Of a stretch of 64,000 bases of DNA, positions 40,683 through 49,232 are shown in pieces. Made by a program: the position numbers and the translations under genes. Below the pieces are notes generated by a model that was given only the letters and a program-made list of their open reading frames with translations, had not been told where the DNA came from and ran no database searches. Positions within the stretch are counted from its first letter, which is position 1, and every line of letters begins with the position of its first letter. Source of the stretch: Candidatus Latescibacterota bacterium (GTDB lineage: Bacteria; Latescibacterota; UBA2968; UBA8231); NCBI GenBank assembly GCA_965215195.1, contig CBDCDC010000002.1:2592001-2656000 (forward strand). The letters are read 5' to 3'.

Positions 40683-42038
40683 ATGGAAAGCCCATTTACA
40701 GATGCCCAGCTAGTCGCCGCCACACTGTCTGGCAGCCTTTCTGCATTCGAAGCCTTGGTTTTACTCCATCAGGATCGCCTCTATCTGCAGGCGCTGAGGT
40801 ACATGCGCACCAAGGAGGAGGCACAGGATGCTCTTCAGGACGCATTCTTGCAGGCGTTCAACCAGCTTGAGAATCTCAAGGAGCATTCTCGATTCCCATT
40901 TTGGGTGAGCCAGATACTTCGCAACATTTGCCTCAACCGGTTGAGGGACAATCGCCGCCGTCAAGCCATGTCGGTTGTCGAGGGGACGTATCCCGAAGAA
41001 CATCCAGAGCAGCCCGTTATCCGAAATGCAGCGTTCGAGGAACTGCTTTCAAGGCTTCCTGCAAAAAGCGCCCAAGCGTTTATACTGCATTATCTGGAAG
41101 GGTATTCGATTCAGGATGTGGCTCTTCAGGTACGAACGACCCCTTCAGGTGTGAAACAGCGGCTATACAGGGCGCGCAGGCAGCTTCAGGAGGAGGTCAC
41201 TCGCATGGCAAAGGACGAGAGGCGCAAGCACGATCTGCCCGAAGGATTCGCAGCACAGACCATTGTCCAACTTTTGCAACAGGGCAAGAGAGATCGATTG
41301 TACATGAGGATGGATGACGCGCGCTCCCGCTTCAGGGAAGCACTGGAGATGTCCCCGGACCATCCTGAAGCATTGATGGAGCTCGGACGGACCTATGACC
41401 CAATGCAGGGCCCAGCCGAGGAAGAGACGGCAACCCTTCAACGGGCCGCCAAAGCGGCCCCGGATTCCATAGAGGTCGCGCTCGAGCTTACCGCTGTGTG
41501 GGCGAGTGACCAAGAAAAGCAAGCCACAGCAATCGAGAAATGCCTAGCGCTGTGCAGTCTTCGGCTTGCGAAGGATCCCGATAACCTAGTTGCCCTCACT
41601 GCCCAAGCGCAGATGCTTTTGTGGAAAGGTGACTTTGAAGCGATGGAGGAGGTTGCCCGCCATGCGGTCACGTTCGCCCCAAAAGACCAGCAGTGCCTGA
41701 ATTATCTTGCTTTGTCACTAGCCCGGCAGGACCGGTGGGATGAGGCCTATCCAGTGTATGAGACGATATATGGACTAGACAAAAAGACCGTATGGGCCTA
41801 CGTTGCACTTCGGCAAATGGGGTCGTGCTTGGCATTCCACAGAGGTGATTGGGACCGGGCTGTGGGCCTGCAGGAGAAGGTGTGGAACCTTACCGGGAGA
41901 CCAAACGAGGCTAGCAACCTAATCTACTTCTATGGAAAGGCTGGGTTGGCGGAAAAGGCAAAAGCGCTGTTCGAGAAAGTCAAAGATCACCGCCATCCGG
42001 CGAGGGTTTACGAGATCGTTGGGAAAGTCGAGGATTAA
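40683..42038 (+). CDS. ECF-type sigma-70 factor with C-terminal TPR extension
   Basis: EAQDALQDAFLQAF…F.FW (region 2); EGYSIQDVA…VKQRLYRARRQL (region 4); TPR-like helices follow. Confidence 0.85.
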   Translation: MESPFTDAQLVAATLSGSLSAFEALVLLHQDRLYLQALRYMRTKEEAQDALQDAFLQAFNQLENLKEHSRFPFWVSQILRNICLNRLRDNRRRQAMSVVEGTYPEEHPEQPVIRNAAFEELLSRLPAKSAQAFILHYLEGYSIQDVALQVRTTPSGVKQRLYRARRQLQEEVTRMAKDERRKHDLPEGFAAQTIVQLLQQGKRDRLYMRMDDARSRFREALEMSPDHPEALMELGRTYDPMQGPAEEETATLQRAAKAAPDSIEVALELTAVWASDQEKQATAIEKCLALCSLRLAKDPDNLVALTAQAQMLLWKGDFEAMEEVARHAVTFAPKDQQCLNYLALSLARQDRWDEAYPVYETIYGLDKKTVWAYVALRQMGSCLAFHRGDWDRAVGLQEKVWNLTGRPNEASNLIYFYGKAGLAEKAKALFEKVKDHRHPARVYEIVGKVED

Positions 42039-42040
42039 AT

Positions 42041-43444
42041 ATGAATCGACCCAACATCGTCTTCATCCTCAGCGACGACCAAGGCCCTTGGGCCGCCGGC
42101 TGTTACGGCAACGCGGAAATCCGCACCCCGGCTATTGACCGCATCGCCCAGACCGGCATGCGCTTTGACAATTTCTTCGTCGCAACGCCGGTCTGCTCGC
42201 CCAGCCGCGCGACTTTTTTGACCGGGCGGATCCCTTCGCAGCACGGGGTCCACGACTGGATCAGAGAAGGCAATGTCGGCACGTCCGCAGCCGCTTATCT
42301 CGCAGGAGAAGTGGCTTATACCGACATCCTCGCGGCAAATGGCTGGGTCTGCGGGCTGAGCGGCAAGTGGCACCTCGGGCACAGCCAACTCGCCCAGCAC
42401 GGCTTCGCGCATTGGTACGTGCATCAGCAGGGCGGCGGGCTGTACAACGACGCGCCCATGATCCGCGACGGTGAGCTGATCACCGAGCCGGGCTACGTGA
42501 CCACGGCGATCACCAACGACGCACTGGCGTTTATCGATCGGCACGCCGACGGCGACGCACCTTTTTACCTGGGCGTACACTACACTGCGCCGCACAGTCC
42601 GTGGACTGGCCACCCGCAGGAGATCGTCGATTCCTATGACAACTGCGCGTTCGACTCCTGTCCGCAGGAAGCGATCCACCCTTGGGCGGTGGGCCATCCC
42701 CTGAGCGAAAACTGCTTGGGCAACCGCGAAATGCTCAAGGGCTATTTCGCGGCGGTGACGGCCATGGACCGCGACATCGGGCGGATCATCGACAAGCTAA
42801 AGGAACGGGGGCTGCGCGAGGACACGCTCATAGTCTTTGCCAGCGACAATGGCTTTAGCTGCGGCCACCACGGCTTCTGGGGCAAGGGCAATGGGACCTA
42901 CCCGCCGAACATGTACGAGAATTCGATCAAGGTGCCCTTCGTCGTCAGCCACCCCGGCCGCATACCTGCGGAGAGCGTCCAAAAGGGCATGGTCAGCGCC
43001 TACGACTTTATGCCGACCTTGCTCGACTATCTAGGACTGCCGCTGCCGGAGGACCTCAACCTGCCCGGACAAAGCGCACTGCCGCTGTTGTTGGGAGCAG
43101 ACGACACCGGCCGGCCGGAGGTGGTGATCTACGACGAGTACGGGGCGACGCGGATGATGCGCACCGAGGAATGGAAATACGTCCATCGCTACCCAGACGG
43201 GCCACACGAGCTCTACGACCTAGCCAACGACCCGGACGAGCGCACCAATTTAGCGGACGATCCCAGCCAAGCCGAGCGAGTGGGCGACCTGAAGCAGCGA
43301 CTCGAAGCGTGGTACGAACGCTACGCAGTGCCCGAGCGCGACGGTCGCAACTACGCGGTAACGGGCAAAGGGCAGCTCAGACCAGTGGGCGACCAGTGGG
43401 AAGACCCCGCGACCAGCAAAAATCAACCTTTCGCGCAGGAATAG
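42041..43444 (+). CDS. Sulfatase
   Basis: PNIVFILSDD, CSPSR, GKWHLG, SDNG, ELYDL. Confidence 0.95.
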   Translation: MNRPNIVFILSDDQGPWAAGCYGNAEIRTPAIDRIAQTGMRFDNFFVATPVCSPSRATFLTGRIPSQHGVHDWIREGNVGTSAAAYLAGEVAYTDILAANGWVCGLSGKWHLGHSQLAQHGFAHWYVHQQGGGLYNDAPMIRDGELITEPGYVTTAITNDALAFIDRHADGDAPFYLGVHYTAPHSPWTGHPQEIVDSYDNCAFDSCPQEAIHPWAVGHPLSENCLGNREMLKGYFAAVTAMDRDIGRIIDKLKERGLREDTLIVFASDNGFSCGHHGFWGKGNGTYPPNMYENSIKVPFVVSHPGRIPAESVQKGMVSAYDFMPTLLDYLGLPLPEDLNLPGQSALPLLLGADDTGRPEVVIYDEYGATRMMRTEEWKYVHRYPDGPHELYDLANDPDERTNLADDPSQAERVGDLKQRLEAWYERYAVPERDGRNYAVTGKGQLRPVGDQWEDPATSKNQPFAQE

Positions 43445-43446
43445 AT

Positions 43447-43474
43447 GTAGGGGCGATTCCGCGAATCGCCCTAC
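43447..43474. repeat. GTAG-type REP-like palindrome
   Basis: GTAGGGGCGATTC-CGC-GAATCGCCCTAC. Confidence 0.65.
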
Positions 43475-43772
43475 CCGTTAGACGTACCACAAGCGGCCGG
43501 AAAGTCAATTCGTTGGAACAGATGCCCTTGTGGCGTCCGTTGTTTAGACCAGCGCAGGAGCCGATCCCCATGAGAGCGGTGGACTTAGCCCAATAAAGCC
43601 AAGAATTACATACAGTTAATCGTATTGGCAAAAACTTGACGCTCACCTAGCCGTTGATTAAATCAAACAGCATGTCCATCGCCAATCTCCGCTCCCTGTG
43701 GCGCACTGTCGCCCTCTTGGCCTTCGCGTCGCTCGAGACCCTCTTCGACCGCGCTGGCTTCAATCCCATCTG

Positions 43773-44126
43773 ATGAAGGCGACACTGCCCGGGACCCAAG
43801 TCACCGACGCACTCATCGAGCAGATGGTGCAGGCCATCGTCGCCGAAGTCGATCCCGAGCAGGTGATCCTGTTCGGCTCCCGCGGCCGGGGCGACGAGCG
43901 GGAAAATTCGGACGTCGATCTGATCGTCGTGGAAGCCGAACCCTTCGGGGCGGGGCGCAGTCGCCACCAAGAACTGGTCCGACTCTACCACGCGCTCGCG
44001 GGATTTTCCGTCCCGGCCGATATCTTGGTCTATTCCCATGCAGACGTCGCTTACTGGCGCGATTCCCTCAACCACGTTTTGGCGCGGGCACTGCGAGAGG
44101 GGAAGGTGCTTTATGAGCGACGTTAA
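43773..44126 (+). CDS. Minimal nucleotidyltransferase (MNT antitoxin-like)
   Basis: LFGSRGRGD…SDVDLIVV, REGKVLYE. Confidence 0.9.
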   Translation: MKATLPGTQVTDALIEQMVQAIVAEVDPEQVILFGSRGRGDERENSDVDLIVVEAEPFGAGRSRHQELVRLYHALAGFSVPADILVYSHADVAYWRDSLNHVLARALREGKVLYERR

Positions 44127-44499
44127 ATGTGCAAGGGTGATGTTGCAGGCCGCCGAGCGCGACCTCCTTACGCTGCGGGGCATGACGGCTGGTGTGCCGG
44201 AAGAGTCGTTTGGATTCCACGTGCAGCAAGCGGCCGAGAAGTCGTTCAAAGCATGGCTCGCCCTGCGGGGTGCGACGTATCCTCTCACGCACAACTTGGA
44301 GTTGCTGCTGGATCGCCTCGTCGCCCAAGGCGTTGCGACGCAGCCTTTCGAGAAGCTGATCGGATACACCCCATACGCTGTCGAGTTTCGCTATGAGGGT
44401 ATCGGCTCAAGTACCGAGGTGATTGATCGGGAAGGGGTGCTTACCCTCGTCGAAGCACTGCTCGGACGGGTTCGGGGGGAGTTTACAGAGGCGGTCTGA
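44113..44499 (+). CDS. HEPN-domain protein
   Basis: FHVQQAAEKSFKA, THNL, YAVEFRY; overlaps the MNT gene. Confidence 0.88.
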   Translation: MSDVKCARVMLQAAERDLLTLRGMTAGVPEESFGFHVQQAAEKSFKAWLALRGATYPLTHNLELLLDRLVAQGVATQPFEKLIGYTPYAVEFRYEGIGSSTEVIDREGVLTLVEALLGRVRGEFTEAV

Positions 44500-44563
44500 A
44501 CGTGCCGGCGGCACTCGACGCGGCGCGGCCAGCGGACGTTGCCAGACCGCCTCTACGAAGTGG

Positions 44564-45205
44564 TTAGGGCAGCGCGTCAATGCGCCACCTTGAGGTGTTC
44601 GCAATTCGGCTGGCTTGGAACCCGTCGCGATCTATGCGGCGGCCCGAATTGGTGCTGGCTATTGATTCCAAAACGCTCTCCCCTAAGACCTGCTTCTCGA
44701 AGCGATCGTAATACCCTCTCCCATCGGCCTTCACCTTGAAGCGATAATACCCTCTCCCATCGGCCTGCCCCTCAACGTGCTTGCGGCTGACATCAACGGT
44801 GCAACTCTCCCCCGGACTCAACTCCAACCCCACAGAACAGGCCACCATCTCCGCGCCGATCGGCTGTCCAATCCCCTCCGGCAACGCCGGGTCGGAGGGA
44901 TTGGAGATATAGGCTATAAGCAGCCGCACGTCGGTCGAATCGGTCCGACCATCGGCGTTGACATCGCCCAAGGCAATGTCGATTTGGTTGGGAATGGGAA
45001 TGGGCGAATCGGAGCCATACATCGCCCACACCACATCCATCACATCCACGCGCCCGTTGTCGTCAACATCCCCCAAAATACCGCCGGTCATCCCAGCGAC
45101 GACCGGGGCCGACACTGCCAGCCCGACGACAACGGAAAGTAAAGCGTTCATAAGGATAGTCCTTTCTTTGCGGAATCCGACGACAACGGAAAGTAAGGTG
45201 TTCAT
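44564..45205 (-). CDS. Secreted dockerin-type (paired EF-hand) protein; two in-frame starts at 45205 and 45151
   Basis: GDVDDNGRVDVMD and GDVNADGRTDSTD; signal peptide follows the second ATG. Confidence 0.75.
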   Translation of the reverse strand: MNTLLSVVVGFRKERTILMNALLSVVVGLAVSAPVVAGMTGGILGDVDDNGRVDVMDVVWAMYGSDSPIPIPNQIDIALGDVNADGRTDSTDVRLLIAYISNPSDPALPEGIGQPIGAEMVACSVGLELSPGESCTVDVSRKHVEGQADGRGYYRFKVKADGRGYYDRFEKQVLGESVLESIASTNSGRRIDRDGFQASRIANTSRWRIDALP

Positions 45206-45354
45206 AAGGATGGTCCTTTCTTTAATGGGGGCCAGCCGCTCGGTCGGCTGCAACCCCCGGGTGGAATGTTGGGGGGGCACTTAGGCAGGACGCCCCCACC
45301 AAGGGCAAGAGAGCCGAGATGCCGTTGCTTTCAAGGCGCAACATAGGGTTTTCA

Positions 45355-47865
45355 TTATCGCGAGACCCTAACGCCTGCTGCTTCGAGGGCGGGGATGTGT
45401 GTGAGCAGTGAAGCCTCATTGAGGGTAGTGATGCCCCGCAGGTCCAGATATGCCAAGTTGGTCAGGCTCAACAACGGACTCACATCCGTAATTGAGGTGG
45501 CACCCAGCCTCAGGTCGGTCAGGCTGGTCAGGCTCGACGCCAACGAACTCACCCCTGTATCCGTAATGCCGGTGCCACCTAGCTCCAGCCATTCCAAGTT
45601 GGTCAGGGTCGACGCCAACGAACTCACCCCCGTATCCGTAATGCCGGTGCCATCTAGGTCCAGCGTTTCCAAGTTGGTCAGGGTCGTCAACGAAGCCACC
45701 CCCGCATCCGTAATAGCGGTGGCTCGCAGCCCCAAGTATTCCAAGTTGGTCAGGGTCGTCAACGAAGCCACCCCCGTATCCGTAATGCCGGTGCCACCTA
45801 GGCTCAGCCATTCCAAGTTAGTCAGGGTCGTCAACGAAGCCACCCCCGCATCCGTAATGCCGGTGCCACCTAGGCCCAGCGTTTCCAAGTTAGTCAGGGT
45901 CGTCAACGAAGCCACCCCCGCATCCGTAATGCCGGTGCCACCTAGGTGCAGCCATTCCAAGTTAGTCAGGGTCGTCAACGAAGCCACCCCCGCATCCGTA
46001 ATGCCGGTGAAACCTAGGTCCAGCGTTTCCAAGTTAGTCAGGGTCGTCAACGGACTCACATCCGCAAGATCTTGGTTGCTGCTCAGGTCCAGCCTAGTCA
46101 GCGCCGTAGCGTTTTCGAGGCCGGTCAAGTTCTGAATGTTTAGGCTGCTTGCCTCGAGCTCCGTTAGGGATTCCAGATCGGTGGCTGTAAGCGCGCCTGT
46201 CGGTTGATTCAGCGCTTGCCGCACCGCACCCTCCAGATTTGCGTCGGCGAAGAACATCTCTGGCACGGAGGGCCTTCCGTCCACTCTGTAGTTCGTGCCA
46301 GAGGACACACTCCACGAAAGGTCTGCGTCGTTTCCTGCCTCATCGGTTATGGAAGACCCGATTGGAATAATCAAAGTCCCCGCGCGAACCCATATCACCC
46401 CGTCGAAGTCGAAGTCGTCCGCTTGGACCGTGTATGCGAAGTATAGCCGCCTGCCGGAGCTCTCGTCATACTCCGCCGGACGAGGATCACTGCCGAAACT
46501 GCCTATTTCGACTCCTATTGTCGGGCTTCCGCCCGCCGTGTCCACAATGAGGTTTTCAGAGAACTCAGCCATCACCCATATCACTTCGTCCCTGCGGAAC
46601 GTGTGTCCGTCCTCCGGAACGCTTACGATATCAGGCGTCCCACTAAGCTGTGGTGGAGTCATATCCGCAAGGCTGCCGTCAACTCGGTGGTTAGCCTGAG
46701 ATGGAACCGCCGCGTGGGAAAGGTCAACATTAACCCCGGATTCGAACCGTATCGCATTGGCCGCAATGCTCACTCCATCGCCGTCCATGTCGTCCGCACT
46801 AACTTGGTACTCGAAGCTCGTGGTGCGCCCGTCGATGCCGAGGCCGCACCGCCTAGCCCACGCATTCCTGACCACAGCTAGACCGCTGCCGGTCTGAAAC
46901 GTGAGTTCAATGTAACCACTGCGACAAACTAGCTGGCTAAAGCCGACCTCAATTTCGATGATGTCGTTTTCTGCATAGGTATCCACTGCGTTATCTTCGT
47001 CAGAATCCCTACTCGGAATCGAGACGATCGTTGGGCCTCTCGTAATGTACGCCAGTGGTTGCGGTTCGGGTTGCGGTTCGGGTTGCGGTTGGACGGCCGG
47101 TTCGGGTTGCGATAGGACCAGTGAGACAGTGACGTCCTTTTCTACCAAGGTGGGAACTTGGTCGGCGAGGTCAGAGCCTCGAATGCCAGTATCCACCAAG
47201 CCCAGCCAGTCTAAAGCGGTCAGGCTATCCAATGGAGCCACATCTTCCACCTGAGTTTTGCTCAGATTCAGCATACGCAAGTCGGTCAACCCCGCCAACG
47301 GAGCCACCTCTGCCACCTCGTTGCCCCACAGGTTCAGGAAGGTCAGGTCAGTCAGCCCGGCCAACGGACTCACATCCGCCACCTCGTTGCCCCACAGACT
47401 GAGCCATCGCAGGTTGGTCAACCCCGCCAACGGAGCCACATCCGTCACCTGATTGTCGCCCAAGTTCAGAAAGGTCAGGTTGGTCAACCCCGCCAACGGA
47501 CTCAAATCCGAAATCTGGTTGCCATACAGGTTCAGCGTGTCTAGCGCCGTCGCGTGTTCGAGGCCGGCCAAGCTGTGAATGGTCGGCACGTCTTGCCATT
47601 CTACGTCCAGCCGCGTCAGGGAGGCCAGATCGTCGGTGGTCAGCGGCCCTTCGGGTTTTTTCAGGGTTCGCCGCACCGCCAGCTCCAGATTGGCGTCGGC
47701 AAACGAGACGACGGCTGGCGCGGTACTATCGGCGTCGGCCGACGCGGTGGCTTTGCCCACCGGCTCCGGGGCCGTCGGCGGCTGGTCGGCACAGGCCATC
47801 CAAGTAATCACTACGCCTACAACGACGAAAACCCGCATGGCTTTGGTGCGCTTCACTAATGGCAT
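45355..47865 (-). CDS. LRR lipoprotein with an internalin-like 22-aa array, two Ig-like modules and a 24/25-aa LRR array
   Basis: AGGAGG; lipobox-like WMAC; FADANLE caps x2; PLAGLTNL.xLxL repeats; QPEP linker; GITDAGVASLTTLTNLE repeats. Confidence 0.88.
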   Translation of the reverse strand: MPLVKRTKAMRVFVVVGVVITWMACADQPPTAPEPVGKATASADADSTAPAVVSFADANLELAVRRTLKKPEGPLTTDDLASLTRLDVEWQDVPTIHSLAGLEHATALDTLNLYGNQISDLSPLAGLTNLTFLNLGDNQVTDVAPLAGLTNLRWLSLWGNEVADVSPLAGLTDLTFLNLWGNEVAEVAPLAGLTDLRMLNLSKTQVEDVAPLDSLTALDWLGLVDTGIRGSDLADQVPTLVEKDVTVSLVLSQPEPAVQPQPEPQPEPQPLAYITRGPTIVSIPSRDSDEDNAVDTYAENDIIEIEVGFSQLVCRSGYIELTFQTGSGLAVVRNAWARRCGLGIDGRTTSFEYQVSADDMDGDGVSIAANAIRFESGVNVDLSHAAVPSQANHRVDGSLADMTPPQLSGTPDIVSVPEDGHTFRRDEVIWVMAEFSENLIVDTAGGSPTIGVEIGSFGSDPRPAEYDESSGRRLYFAYTVQADDFDFDGVIWVRAGTLIIPIGSSITDEAGNDADLSWSVSSGTNYRVDGRPSVPEMFFADANLEGAVRQALNQPTGALTATDLESLTELEASSLNIQNLTGLENATALTRLDLSSNQDLADVSPLTTLTNLETLDLGFTGITDAGVASLTTLTNLEWLHLGGTGITDAGVASLTTLTNLETLGLGGTGITDAGVASLTTLTNLEWLSLGGTGITDTGVASLTTLTNLEYLGLRATAITDAGVASLTTLTNLETLDLDGTGITDTGVSSLASTLTNLEWLELGGTGITDTGVSSLASSLTSLTDLRLGATSITDVSPLLSLTNLAYLDLRGITTLNEASLLTHIPALEAAGVRVSR

Positions 47866-48103
47866 TGTTTGCCTCCTGCTAAAAAGCTGTGAAGGGGGGA
47901 TAGAATGAGGAACATGAGTCGTCCGCCTTGGCAGACGACGGCACCGGCGTACAGACGAATGCCGCCCGGGCAGCGTGAGCCTTGTCCCGTGCGGCGAGGG
48001 TAGAGACGTCTAGACCGGACGGATCGCCAAACGTCGGCTTGGGATCCGTCGCTGATGCTTGATCAGTAGAGAATGTAGCGCTTAGCGCTCGCGAAGAATT
48101 TGT

Positions 48104-48120
48104 GGGGGGGGGGGGGGGGG
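48104..48120. repeat. G17 homopolymer
   Basis: 17 consecutive G, about 240 nt upstream of the LRR lipoprotein start. Confidence 0.9.
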
Positions 48121-48288
48121 TAAGTTGTTGTTTTTTAAGGACTTACGTAACATTGAGTCGGCGAAAATTCCAAGCACCCAACACGGCTCGGCCACCATAG
48201 CAAGACCCCGGTCTGATATAGAATGCTCAACCATGTTCTCGTTTGTCCTCCAACTGGCGGCACAAAACAGGCCGCAAACGCGCCGTTT

Positions 48289-48316
48289 ACAATACGCCAT
48301 AAAAACAACGTGTCAA
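48289..48316 (-). promoter_or_regulatory. Candidate sigma70 promoter for the LRR lipoprotein
   Basis: TTGACA-N16-TATTGT on the minus strand in an AT-rich stretch. Confidence 0.45.
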
Positions 48317-48385
48317 GAAAAATTTCAAAAATGTCACGCTTTAGTCGCCTGCGGCCACTCGCTCTACATTGTCAAATGAGTCTTT

Positions 48386-49231
48386 TCACTCCGGCAACAC
48401 ACTCCGCGCCGGCACAAATCCCAACTCCGCTTTAATCCGCGCAATATCATACACCGGATCCCGCTCGTGCCCCGTCCGCCCATAGTGCGCCATGTCGATC
48501 CCCGCCGCATCTGCCCCATACCAAATCCGCATCAACTCCGGCACCGTACAGGCCACACAGGCCTGCGGCCCCACCGCGTTCAAAATCCGCACCCCCGCCT
48601 TGGGTGCGCTCTCGGCCGCCAGCCGGAAGCACCGCACCGCATCGCTCAAATACATAGGCGAAATCGCCCCCATTCCCCACGGCCCCACCGGCCCCGGCTG
48701 CCGGGGCACCGGTATCCTGTCCTCGGGCCAAATCGAAGCCAGCCTAATGTTGATAAGGTCTAGGCCCTCCCGCTGCCGCGCCAGATAGCGGGTCGTCTCC
48801 TCCATCATGTACTTGGAAAAACCGTAGCCGTCGCGGTCGAGACACGGATGCTCATCCGACATCGGCAGTTCGAGCGGCCGAAAACGCACCGACTGCATCC
48901 CGACCGCCGCGATCGACGAGGCCAATGCGAATTTGCTGCAACCCCGATCGATCAGATAGCGCAACAAGCCGTAGGTCCCCATGACATTGACCCGCATGAG
49001 ATCCGCTTCGGCACCCGCGCCCGTCACCGCCCCCAGATGGACCAGCGCGTCGAAGTCCCACCGGTCCAACCGATGCAGATCCTCCACCTGCGAAAAATCT
49101 CCAACCACCACCGCCACTCCCGCGACCTCGGTCGGCTGGCGCGACAGACAAACCACCTCGTGCTCCGCCGCCATATCCGCGGCGAACGCTCGACCGATAA
49201 AACCGCTCGCTCCCGTAATCAATACGCGCAT
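48386..49231 (-). CDS. NAD-dependent epimerase/dehydratase
   Basis: ITGASGFIG, VHLGA, YGFSK. Confidence 0.9.
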   Translation of the reverse strand: MRVLITGASGFIGRAFAADMAAEHEVVCLSRQPTEVAGVAVVVGDFSQVEDLHRLDRWDFDALVHLGAVTGAGAEADLMRVNVMGTYGLLRYLIDRGCSKFALASSIAAVGMQSVRFRPLELPMSDEHPCLDRDGYGFSKYMMEETTRYLARQREGLDLINIRLASIWPEDRIPVPRQPGPVGPWGMGAISPMYLSDAVRCFRLAAESAPKAGVRILNAVGPQACVACTVPELMRIWYGADAAGIDMAHYGRTGHERDPVYDIARIKAELGFVPARSVLPE

Positions 49232-49232
49232 C

